DNA from: Opitutaceae bacterium
GTDB lineage: Bacteria > Verrucomicrobiota > Verrucomicrobiia > Opitutales > Opitutaceae
NCBI GenBank assembly: GCA_035545515.1
Contig: DASZYH010000234.1
Location: forward strand, 3,020 to 67,019
Length of the DNA stretch: 64,000 nt
Reading direction: 5' to 3'
Below the pieces are notes generated by a model, which was not told the DNA's origin, searched no databases, and saw only the letters and a program-made list of their open reading frames with translations. Positions 18,536 to 27,660 of the stretch are shown piece after piece. Made by a program: the position numbers and the translations under genes. Position 1 is the stretch's first letter, and every line of letters begins with the position of its first letter.

Positions 18536-19765
18536 ATGTTAGTGATCGAAATTCTCCGGCTGGCGTTTTCCTCGCTCACAGCGAACAAGCTGAGGTCGAG
18601 CCTCACCGTGCTGGGCATCGCCGTCGGCGTCTTCTCGGTTATCGGCGTGATGACGCTGATCAACGGGATGCGGTCTTCGGTCGAGAACGGCTTGAACGTG
18701 CTCGGGGCGAACAGTTTTCAGATCACGAAATGGCCGCCGATCGGTGGTCCGAGCACCGACTGGGAGAAGTACCGGAACCGGCGCGACATCACGTATCCCG
18801 TTGCCGCGCGCTTCAAGGAATTGATGGGCGATTCCGCGCGCGTGAACGTCACAATCGGGCGGGGCGGGCAGACGGTGATCGTGCGCGACCGGCGCACGAA
18901 CCCGAACGTGGTGCTGATCGGCACGGACGAGAATTTCATCACGGCCTTCAATTTCGACGTCGGCAGCGGGCGCAACCTCGGACCGGACGACGTCGAGTAT
19001 GGCCGGCCCATCTGCGTCATCGGCGCCGACGTCGCGACGCGCGTGTTTCCGGACGAGGATCCGCTGGAGAAACTCGTGCGGATTGGCGGCCAGAATTACA
19101 CGGTCGTCGGCGTCCTGGCGCCGAAAGGATCGTCGTTCGGACAGAGCCAGGACAACCGGGTCCTGACTCCGATCACGCGCTTCCTGGCGATTTACGGCCG
19201 GGCGCGGCGGTCGATCACGATGAACGTCCAGTCGCAGAACCAAGCCGACCTTGCGGACACGCAGGAGCGGGCGATTGGCTACATGCGCCTCGTGCGCGGG
19301 CTGCATCCCGAGGACCCGAACGACTTCGAGATCTTCTCGAACGAGTCGCTGATCGAGGCCTTCAACAAGATCGCGAACATCGTCGCCGTCGCCGCGCTCA
19401 TCGTCAGCGCGATCGCGCTCCTCGCTTCGGGCGTGGGCGTCATGAACATCATGCTCGTGAGCGTCACGGAGCGCACGAAGGAGATCGGGGTCCGCAAGAG
19501 CATCGGCGCCAAGAAACTGAACATCCTGTTTCAATTTCTCTCGGAGGCGGTGGCGCTCTCGATTATCGGCGGTTCGGCCGGCGTCGCCATCGGGGTCGGC
19601 GGCGGCAATCTCGTTGCGTTCTTCCTGAACACCGGCGTGGCGTTCCCCTGGTTCTGGGCCGGCGTCGGGCTGCTGGTCTGCGGCGGCATCGGCGTGATCT
19701 TCGGCCTGTACCCGGCCTGGAAAGCCGCCTCCCTCGACCCCATCGAGGCCCTGCGCTACGAATAG
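18536..19765 (+). CDS. Second ABC exporter permease (MacB/FtsX type)
   Basis: RSSLTVLGIAVGV; GVMNIMLVSVTERTKEIGVRKSIGA; LDPIEALRYE. Confidence 0.95.
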   Translation: MLVIEILRLAFSSLTANKLRSSLTVLGIAVGVFSVIGVMTLINGMRSSVENGLNVLGANSFQITKWPPIGGPSTDWEKYRNRRDITYPVAARFKELMGDSARVNVTIGRGGQTVIVRDRRTNPNVVLIGTDENFITAFNFDVGSGRNLGPDDVEYGRPICVIGADVATRVFPDEDPLEKLVRIGGQNYTVVGVLAPKGSSFGQSQDNRVLTPITRFLAIYGRARRSITMNVQSQNQADLADTQERAIGYMRLVRGLHPEDPNDFEIFSNESLIEAFNKIANIVAVAALIVSAIALLASGVGVMNIMLVSVTERTKEIGVRKSIGAKKLNILFQFLSEAVALSIIGGSAGVAIGVGGGNLVAFFLNTGVAFPWFWAGVGLLVCGGIGVIFGLYPAWKAASLDPIEALRYE

Positions 19766-19770
19766 CGGTA

Positions 19771-19868
19771 TTTTCGATTCTCGATTTTCGATTCACCGGG
19801 ACGCGCACTCGTTCGGCGGCTCGGTGTGCGTGTCCGGAATTCGAAAATCGTAAATCAAAAATCGAAAA
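19771..19868. repeat. Gene-less inverted heptamer module (TTTTCGA / TCGAAAA) with internal hairpin
   Basis: 3 left units at 19771-19791; 4 right units at 19841-19868; self-complementary core GACGCGCAC...GTGTGCGTGTC. Confidence 0.85.
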
Positions 19869-20747
19869 TCACCGGGCGGGTGCACCGCCCGCCGGCGGGC
19901 GGCTTTCCTCACGCGCCTGGGACGCCTCCTCGCTGCCGGCCACGACCTGGGCGTGATTGAGCGACGCCACCAGCGCCACGCCGCCGACGAGGTTGCCCAG
20001 CAGAGCGGGGACGAAGAAACCCGTGATCGCGTGCCGCCAGGTGGTGTGCCCGCTGCTCGCGTAGGCGAACGCCTCGATCGAGCCCGCGATCACGTGGCTG
20101 AAACGCGCCACCCCGATGACCCAGGTGATGATGACGATCACCCAGACCCGGGCCGATTCGGCAAACGGGAGCAGCCAAACGATCAGCGCGATCAGCCAGC
20201 CCGCGAAGACGCCGCGCAGCAGGATCGTGCCGAAACTGGAGGCCATGGCCTCCCGGCCAATCGCGACAATCGCCTCGTGCAGCGAGCGATCGACCGCCGA
20301 CGTGCGGGTCACGACGATCGCGAACGCCGCGCAGCCGACGAGGTTGGCCCCCAGCACGATACCCCACAGCCGGAGAACGTTCGCGATCGAAACGTGCACC
20401 TTGCGTTCCAGGAGCGGCAGGATCGGGGTGAGCGTGTTTTCGGTGAACAACTGCTGTCGCCCGAGGATGACGATCAGGAACCCGACGCTGTAGCCCAACT
20501 TTGCGACGAGCGGCCGCCAGGGCGCGTCCGGGAGCGCCGAGCGGAGCATGGCCTCCGCGATCAGCGAGAACCCCATTGAGAGCCCTCCGGCCAGCGCCGA
20601 CCAGGCCAGCGCCAGGCTGGGCCGCTCCAGTTCCTCCAGCCCCTCGGCGAGGATCGCCTCGTGCACGATCCGACTGCTCGGCGACTGACGTTCCGCGGCC
20701 TGCTCGGCCTCGTCGGGCTTGTTTGATTGGTTGGAAGATTCGGGCAT
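19869..20747 (-). CDS. Formate/nitrite transporter family protein (YfdC-like)
   Basis: EGLEELERP..AL, GRQQLFTEN, RGVFAGWLIA, FSHVIAGS, LGNLVGG. Confidence 0.9.
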   Translation of the reverse strand: MPESSNQSNKPDEAEQAAERQSPSSRIVHEAILAEGLEELERPSLALAWSALAGGLSMGFSLIAEAMLRSALPDAPWRPLVAKLGYSVGFLIVILGRQQLFTENTLTPILPLLERKVHVSIANVLRLWGIVLGANLVGCAAFAIVVTRTSAVDRSLHEAIVAIGREAMASSFGTILLRGVFAGWLIALIVWLLPFAESARVWVIVIITWVIGVARFSHVIAGSIEAFAYASSGHTTWRHAITGFFVPALLGNLVGGVALVASLNHAQVVAGSEEASQAREESRPPAGGAPAR

Positions 20748-20866
20748 GCTGCCGCGGCCCCGCGGCACCGCGATAGTCAGGTCCGGGCGCCTTCGGTTGC
20801 CTGCCGGATCACGCTGGTCCCCGGGGACGGCGCGGACGCCACCCCCGGGTCAAGCCGTCCGTCCGG

Positions 20867-23800
20867 TTAATTCTTCACCGGGGCGGGTGGAGGCGGGGGA
20901 ACGTCGACTTCCTTCGTCTTGAGTTCCTGCATCAGGACGTCGACGGCTTTCTCGAGTTGCTGATCCTCGCCGTGGAACTCCCGGGTCGGATCATTCCGGA
21001 CCTTGACGTCGGGATCGACGCCATGGCCTTCAACCTCCCATTTGCTGCCGTCGACCGCGTAAAACGTGAACTCCGGCTTCGTCATGAACCCGCCGTCGAC
21101 AAACGGGAGCGAGCCCCGGATGCCGACCACGCCGCCCCACGTCCGGTGCCCGATCAACGGGCCCATGTGCAGGGCCTTGAACCGGTAGGAGAAGATGTCG
21201 CCGTCCGAAGCCGAGTACTCGTCGCAGAGGCAAGCGAGCGGTCCGGGGAAGGTCGCATCGGGGTTGGTGTTCGGGGTCATCCCGCGGGTGTAGTTCCATC
21301 CGATCAGGATCCGGTGGAGCCGCTCGATGATCTGGGCGGAGACGTTTCCGCCGCCGTTGCCGCGCACGTCAATGATGAGCGCCTTCTTCGTGAGCTGCGG
21401 GTAGAAGTGCTTGGCGAACTCGTCGAGACCTTCGGATTCCATGTCGGGCAGGTGGACGTAGCCGATCTTTCCCCCCGATCGTTCGTTCACGTATGCGATG
21501 TTCCGCTCCACCCAATCCAGGTAATACAGCGGAGCCTCGTCCGCGATCGGCACGACCACCACGTTGCGGGCGCCGGCCTCGTCCGGCTTGGCGTTCACCC
21601 GCAGCGTCACCTGCTTGCCGACGGTGTCGATCAGCGCGGCGTAGATGTTCGGCAGGTCGCGCACCGGTTTGCCGTTCACCGCGAGGATGTAGTCACCCTC
21701 CTTCACGTTCACGCCGATCTCCGTCAGCGGTGAGCGCTCCTTCGCGGCCCAGTTCTCGCCGCGCAGGATGTGATCGATCCGGTACGCGCCGCTCGCGGGG
21801 TCGCGCGACAGCTCGGCGCCGAGCAGGCCCATCTTGACCCGGGGGGCGGCATTGAACCGGTCGCCCCCGCCGACGTACGCATGGCCGATGTTCAGCTCGG
21901 CGATCATCTCGCCGATCAGGTAGGTCAGGTCGTAGCGGGTGTGCACATATGGCAGCAGCGCGGCATACCGGTCGTGGACGCCGGGCCAGTCGACGCCGTG
22001 CATGTTCGGCACGTAGAAATAATCGCGCATCTGCCGCCAGCTTTCATCGAAGATCTGCTTCCACTCCGCGCCGCGATCCAGCGTCATCTCGAGCCCGGAG
22101 AAATCGAGCTTGTCCTTGATCTCCACCTTGTCCGTCGGGACGTCGATGATCGCGTTGTCCTTCCCCTGGATCACGAGGAGCTTCTTCCCGTCGGCCGAAA
22201 ACGCGACCGAGCTGACGTGGTCGAGCAGTTCCTTCTCCTTCCGTTCCTTGAGGTCGTAAAGGCACAACGTTCCGTGCCCGCCCGCCGCGCCTTCGTCCGA
22301 CTCCTGGATGTCGTCCGTCGCGCTCATCACCCGGACGTAGTAGACCTTGTCGCCGAGCATGTGGATGTGCGAGTAGTTCGCCGGCCGGATGGGGAGACCC
22401 ACGAGCCGGTCCCGCAGGCCTTCGAAATCGATCTTCACGACGACCGGTTCGTGGCGCTTCGGCTTCGGGCGGTGCTTGTCGTCGTCGGAATCTTCGTCCT
22501 CGTGGCGCCGGTCGGCCCGGTCGGCTTTCGCCATCGCCGGATGGTCATCCGGCTCGCCCTGGCGGACATCCGGCCGCTGCGGCTTGGGTTTCTGCGGCGT
22601 CTTCTTCTCCTCTTCCTCCGAGAGGCGCACCTCGTCGCTCAGCGGTTTCAGCGGCGACTCCGTCGTCTTGGCGAGGGCGAAGAGATAAACCCGCTCCATG
22701 TCCCGGTAGATGTGGTTGAACTCCAGGTAGCCGTACGACGGGTTGAAGTCGCGCGCGGAGGACACGAGGAGGTACTTGCCGTCGTCGCTGAACGACGGGT
22801 TCCCCACGTGATACCAGCCTTCGGTCAGATCGTGCGTGGTCTTCGCGTCGACGGAGTAGATGCGGAGGATCCCGTAGTCGTTCTGCACGTTGAATCCCTC
22901 GATCCGGGGCAGGACGTAGGCGATCCATTTGCCGTCGGGCGACCAGACGCGGTCGGTGATCTCGGCGTCCTTGGCTTGCGCGACCTCGGTAATCGCCTTC
23001 GTCCCGATATCGACGTACCGCAGCCGCAGCTTGCGGTCGCTCCACAACAGCCGGCGACTGTCCGGCGACCACACTGGCGCGTAATAATACGTGTCGGCGT
23101 GGTGCGTGATCTGTTCGGCGGGTCCGTTCCCGTCCTGCGGCCGAATCCAGATTTCGTTCTCGCCCGTTTGGTCCGAGAGATACGCGATCCAGCGCCCATC
23201 GGGCGACCAGCTCGCGTCCCGCTCGTGCACGCCCGACGTGTTCGTCAGGTCACGGGTGGCGCCGTGCTTGGCGGGAACCGTGAATACGTCGCCGCGCGCG
23301 ACGACCACCGCGCGCTTCCCATCCGGGGCGGGGCGGACATCGGTCACGTATTTGTCCACGTGCATGATCTCCGCGCGGTCGACGGCGCTGTCTTCCCGGA
23401 TCGTGATGGGGACGCGCCGCGCGGGCCCGCCGGTCAGGTCGTAGCGCCATACGTACCCCGCCTGCTCGAACACGATCGCGCCTTTGCCGAGCGAGGGGAA
23501 CTTGATGTCGTAGTCGGTGAACTGCGTGAGCTGCTCGGTCTGCCTGGTCGCCAGGTCGTACGAGTACAGGTTGAACCGTCCGGTGCGATCGGAGATGAAG
23601 TAGATCCGGTTGTTCGGCGCCCACATCGGAATGATGTCCTGCGCCGGGTTGTTCGTGATGTCCTCGATTGCGCCGGTCTTGAAGTTGAAGATCCAGACGT
23701 CGTCCGCCATCCCGCCGCGATAACGCTTCCAGGTGCGGAATTCGCGAAACACCCGGTTGTAGGCCATTTTGGTGTCGTCGGGGGAGAAGGAGAGGAATCC

Positions 23801-24313
23801 GCCGCGCGGCACGGGCAGTTGCTTCGGCAGCTCGGCGTTCATTCCGACCGTGTAGAGCTGTCCGACGAAGTCGTTGAACGAGTGCATCCGCGAACGAAAC
23901 GCGACTTCCTGGGCCGTGTTCTTCCAGGTCATGACGATGTTGTTTGGCCCCATCCGGTCCGAGATGTCATCCCGCCCGAGCGTCGCCGTGTAGGTGAGCC
24001 GCTTCGGGGTGCCGCCGTCGGCCGGCATCACGTACACCTCCGTGTTGCCGTCGTAGTGCGCGGTGAAGGCAAGCAGCGAGCCGTCGGCGGAGAACCGGGG
24101 GAAGATCGCGTACCCCGGGGCGTCAGTCAGCCGCCGGGCGACGCCGCCGTCGATGCCGACCGTGTAGAGCTGGCCGGCGTAGCTGAAGACGATCTGGGAA
24201 CCGTTGGTGGTGGGGAAACGCAGCAGCCGTGTGAGGTCGTCGGCGGCGCGGAGGGGGATCAGGGCGCTCGTGATGAACGCGAGCGCGCAAACCAGGCGAA
24301 CCATGTTGCGCAT
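20867..24313 (-). CDS. Tricorn-like S41 protease (beta-propellers, PDZ, catalytic domain)
   Basis: Signal peptide; WSPD repeats; GYVHLPDM, IDVRGNGGG, catalytic SASDGD, GHRTWGG. Confidence 0.95.
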   Translation of the reverse strand: MRNMVRLVCALAFITSALIPLRAADDLTRLLRFPTTNGSQIVFSYAGQLYTVGIDGGVARRLTDAPGYAIFPRFSADGSLLAFTAHYDGNTEVYVMPADGGTPKRLTYTATLGRDDISDRMGPNNIVMTWKNTAQEVAFRSRMHSFNDFVGQLYTVGMNAELPKQLPVPRGGFLSFSPDDTKMAYNRVFREFRTWKRYRGGMADDVWIFNFKTGAIEDITNNPAQDIIPMWAPNNRIYFISDRTGRFNLYSYDLATRQTEQLTQFTDYDIKFPSLGKGAIVFEQAGYVWRYDLTGGPARRVPITIREDSAVDRAEIMHVDKYVTDVRPAPDGKRAVVVARGDVFTVPAKHGATRDLTNTSGVHERDASWSPDGRWIAYLSDQTGENEIWIRPQDGNGPAEQITHHADTYYYAPVWSPDSRRLLWSDRKLRLRYVDIGTKAITEVAQAKDAEITDRVWSPDGKWIAYVLPRIEGFNVQNDYGILRIYSVDAKTTHDLTEGWYHVGNPSFSDDGKYLLVSSARDFNPSYGYLEFNHIYRDMERVYLFALAKTTESPLKPLSDEVRLSEEEEKKTPQKPKPQRPDVRQGEPDDHPAMAKADRADRRHEDEDSDDDKHRPKPKRHEPVVVKIDFEGLRDRLVGLPIRPANYSHIHMLGDKVYYVRVMSATDDIQESDEGAAGGHGTLCLYDLKERKEKELLDHVSSVAFSADGKKLLVIQGKDNAIIDVPTDKVEIKDKLDFSGLEMTLDRGAEWKQIFDESWRQMRDYFYVPNMHGVDWPGVHDRYAALLPYVHTRYDLTYLIGEMIAELNIGHAYVGGGDRFNAAPRVKMGLLGAELSRDPASGAYRIDHILRGENWAAKERSPLTEIGVNVKEGDYILAVNGKPVRDLPNIYAALIDTVGKQVTLRVNAKPDEAGARNVVVVPIADEAPLYYLDWVERNIAYVNERSGGKIGYVHLPDMESEGLDEFAKHFYPQLTKKALIIDVRGNGGGNVSAQIIERLHRILIGWNYTRGMTPNTNPDATFPGPLACLCDEYSASDGDIFSYRFKALHMGPLIGHRTWGGVVGIRGSLPFVDGGFMTKPEFTFYAVDGSKWEVEGHGVDPDVKVRNDPTREFHGEDQQLEKAVDVLMQELKTKEVDVPPPPPAPVKN

Positions 24314-24368
24314 CGCGCCAGCGAATCGAACCGCGCCGGTTCGGCAAAGCAATTTGCGCTCGTCGGAC

Positions 24369-27002
24369 TCAGCTCGCGGACCGTGGCAACACGGCGATCG
24401 AGGCGCGCAGCGCTTCGACCAGCACCCCGCGCGTGATCGGTTTCGGCAGGAAATCGTCCATCCCCGCGCCGACGCATGCCGCGCGCTCCTCCGCGGTTGC
24501 GCCCGCCGTCAGCGCGAGCACGCGCGTGCGCTGGTTCAGCGCCCCTGCCTCGCCGCGCCGCAGTCGCCGCGTTACATCCAGTCCGTCGATTTCAGGCATC
24601 TGGACGTCCATCAACACGAGGTCGAATTTCTCCGTCTGCAACCGGGTCAGGGTTGCTGCGCCGTCTGCGAGCACCGCCGGGACGTAGCCCAGTGAGGTCA
24701 GGAGCATCGAGATGACCCGGAGGTTCACCGGATTGTCGTCAACGGCCAGAATCCGGAGGGGGTGCTGTCGCGCGAACTGACGAACACTGCCGTCGACGCC
24801 GCCGGCGGCGGTTGCCGGTGCTTCCGCCGGAGAGCCGCCGGCCAGGACGGCTTCGAGCGTGGCCATGAATTTTCGCGGCCGGATCGGCTTCGTCACCGCG
24901 GCCGCAAAGGGTGGGGGCGGCTCGGCGGAGGGCGCGAGGCTGACCGACGTGACGAGCACCAGGCGCGAGGGTGGAAACTGCGGGGCCAGCTCCCGGGCGA
25001 GTGTGATGCCATCCGTTTCCGGCATCATGTAATCGAAGATGCCGAGATCGAATTTTGCCGCTGCGACCGCCTTGCGGGCCGCGGCAGCCGACTCGACGGT
25101 CCTCACCTTCGCCCCGTGCTGCTCCAGCATCCTCAGGAGGAGGTGTCGGTTTGCGGGATAGTCGTCCACCACGAGCACCCGGACTTCTTGCCACTTCCCG
25201 TCGGCCGCCGCGGGTGCGGTTGCCAATGCCGGCGTGGCCGCAGCGGGGGAGGGAAGCCGGACCGAAATCGAGAAGGCAAATTCCGTCCCTTTCCCCACCG
25301 CGCTCGCCACCGTGAGCTTGCCTCCCAATGCCGTGACGAGGCGATGCGAGATCGCCAGCCCGAGACCTGTACCGCCGTGCGTTCGCGTGATCGACGCGTC
25401 GACCTGCGAAAACGGCCGGAACAGCCGGTCGAGCCGGTCCGCGGGGATGCCGATGCCGGTGTCGCGGACATGGAAGCCGAGCTGCACGGCGCCTTCCGCC
25501 GCGGGCGCGCGCTGCACGGACAGTTCGACATGCCCGGTGGCGGTGAACTTGACCGCGTTGCCGGCGAGATTGAGCAGCACCTGGCGCAGGCGGGTCGGAT
25601 CGGTGAGGACCACCTCCGGCACATCCGGCTCGACCCAGCAGATGAGTTCCAGGTGTTTCGCCGCGGCTCCCGGACTCAGGAGCCCCACCACCTCGTCCAC
25701 CACGTCGTGGATCGGTACCGGACGCGTCTCCAGCTCCACCCGTCCCGCCTCGAGCTTCGTGTAGTCGAGGATGTCGTTGATGATCGTGAGGAGTGACTCG
25801 CTCGATGCTGTGATCGTCCGGACAAAATCTCGCTGCTGCTCGTCCAGCTTTGTGTCCGCGAGCAGGTTCGCGAAGCCAATGACGCCGTTCATCGGGGTCC
25901 GGATCTCGTGGCTCATCATCGCCAGGAACTGGTTCTTCATCCGGGCGGCCGCGTCGGCCGCTTCCTGCACTTCCATCAGCAGGTCCTGGACGACCGGCCG
26001 GAGGTAGCGTCGGAAATAGAGCCATGTCAGCGGAAGGAGCGTCACGAGCACGCCGACCGCCACGGCCACGGCGAGGTTGCGCTCGCGCACGGCCGTGTCG
26101 ATCTGGCCCGCGATCAAGCCGTCCGTGCTGGTCGCGGACATTCGCCAGAATGCCATGCCCTGCTCGTATGCCCGCCGGAGGGCGGCTTCGCCGCCTCCGG
26201 TGCCGGCTTGCACGTCGGAGAGGGCCAGGCGAAGCCGGACCAGTTGCGCATCGAAGGTCGCCGCCGCCGGCGGGTAGTCGCGCTGGAATTCGGCGGCGAT
26301 GCTGGAGGAGTTGGCGTCCGCCTTGAGCGCGTCGGATACGGTTCGCGCCAGCCGGGCGGATTCGCGTCCGAGCTGGCCGCGGAACAGTCGCGCCAGTTGC
26401 GCTGCGCCAACGCCGTCTTGCTCCGCGGCCACCAGGTGCTCGTGCATCTGCAGCAGGTGTTCCAGGTGGGCGGGGAGCGCCGCCGCGATGAGGTCGGACA
26501 TGGCCTCCGTCTCGAGGTCCGGGCTGAGCGAGAGCCCGGCGCTGTCACTCGTCTGCGCCAGCAGCGCCTCCACCTGTCCGATGAGCAGCGTCAGGTCGTC
26601 GTTGCGCACCGATGGGTCGTGGCCGGCCCCTTGGGTCTCCTGCCAGGTCGACCGCAGGTGTGCGGGAGTCAGGTCGCGGTCGGAGGCGGCGGGGTGGGGC
26701 GACGGTCGCCGGCCCGGGTTCTGATTGCGTTCGAGTTCTTCGAGCCGGCCGATCGCCTCGCTGAGGCGCGCCGGATTGGATTCCCAGCCCCATTTCTCGC
26801 GGATCGCGCGGTCATCGACCTCGATCAACTGATGGATGAAGCGCACGCCGGCGCGCTCGCGCTCCAGCCCGGCGATGCGGGTCCGGAGATCGGTCACCTC
26901 GAAGAACAAGGCCAGTCCGCCCAGCGGCACGGCGTAGGCCAGCGCGAGCAGCGCGACCCGGGTAAGGAGAAGGTTGCGGTTGTGAATAGACCGCTGCGAC
27001 AT
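24369..27002 (-). CDS. Membrane hybrid sensor histidine kinase with two receiver domains
   Basis: Two TM segments; FLAMMSHEIRTPMNG; NAVKFT, DTGIGI, GTGLGL; receiver motifs DYMMP and DVQMP. Confidence 0.92.
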   Translation of the reverse strand: MSQRSIHNRNLLLTRVALLALAYAVPLGGLALFFEVTDLRTRIAGLERERAGVRFIHQLIEVDDRAIREKWGWESNPARLSEAIGRLEELERNQNPGRRPSPHPAASDRDLTPAHLRSTWQETQGAGHDPSVRNDDLTLLIGQVEALLAQTSDSAGLSLSPDLETEAMSDLIAAALPAHLEHLLQMHEHLVAAEQDGVGAAQLARLFRGQLGRESARLARTVSDALKADANSSSIAAEFQRDYPPAAATFDAQLVRLRLALSDVQAGTGGGEAALRRAYEQGMAFWRMSATSTDGLIAGQIDTAVRERNLAVAVAVGVLVTLLPLTWLYFRRYLRPVVQDLLMEVQEAADAAARMKNQFLAMMSHEIRTPMNGVIGFANLLADTKLDEQQRDFVRTITASSESLLTIINDILDYTKLEAGRVELETRPVPIHDVVDEVVGLLSPGAAAKHLELICWVEPDVPEVVLTDPTRLRQVLLNLAGNAVKFTATGHVELSVQRAPAAEGAVQLGFHVRDTGIGIPADRLDRLFRPFSQVDASITRTHGGTGLGLAISHRLVTALGGKLTVASAVGKGTEFAFSISVRLPSPAAATPALATAPAAADGKWQEVRVLVVDDYPANRHLLLRMLEQHGAKVRTVESAAAARKAVAAAKFDLGIFDYMMPETDGITLARELAPQFPPSRLVLVTSVSLAPSAEPPPPFAAAVTKPIRPRKFMATLEAVLAGGSPAEAPATAAGGVDGSVRQFARQHPLRILAVDDNPVNLRVISMLLTSLGYVPAVLADGAATLTRLQTEKFDLVLMDVQMPEIDGLDVTRRLRRGEAGALNQRTRVLALTAGATAEERAACVGAGMDDFLPKPITRGVLVEALRASIAVLPRSAS

Positions 27003-27099
27003 GCGGGAATCGGTCCTGGTAACCCATCGAAGCCCGGATCGGTTGCAAGCGCGGCTTTTGCGCCGGCGGGGCGAGGGATCGGGCGTACTGCTCTTGCTG

Positions 27100-27480
27100 T
27101 TACGCGGGCGGAGGCATGGGCGGTTTCCCCGCGTCCCGGCCCGCGGCATTCGCGTGGCGCCGCGCGGCCGCCATGATCCGCACGACCACAACGCCCCCGC
27201 TCACCAGCGTGATCGCGGCGGCCGTCAAGGTGTACGCATGCCAGTGGTTCCGCCGAACCAAGAGCCCGGCAACCCCCACGGCGGCAACGAGAACGCCCCA
27301 TTTTGCGACCAGCCTGCCGCCCTGCGCATTGATGGCGTACCACGCTTCCTCCGAGGCAAACGCCGCCGGCAGCCGCACTCCGTACCAGGGGTTCATCTTC
27401 ACTTTCCGCGCCATCAGGGGAATGGAGGCCGCCACCAGCAGCGTGCCGGCAATGAGATGAACGATGGCGGAAGGGTTCAC
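27100..27480 (-). CDS. SdpI/YhfL family membrane protein
   Basis: NPWYGVRLPAAFASEEAWYAIN motif between TM helices. Confidence 0.75.
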   Translation of the reverse strand: MNPSAIVHLIAGTLLVAASIPLMARKVKMNPWYGVRLPAAFASEEAWYAINAQGGRLVAKWGVLVAAVGVAGLLVRRNHWHAYTLTAAAITLVSGGVVVVRIMAAARRHANAAGRDAGKPPMPPPA

Positions 27481-27660
27481 GACGTGACGCCGGGGATGCT
27501 CGCACGCGCGTTCGATCGCGGTCGAGTCGGTTCTGCGCCCGTGAATTGGGCGTCGACTGCAGGCGGGCGCTGGCGGGCTGGACCGCGATTGCGGACTACC
27601 CGGTGCTTGCGCCCGGGCTGGCCCGCCGGACAGTATGACGCCTCAAAAACCTCACGCTCT

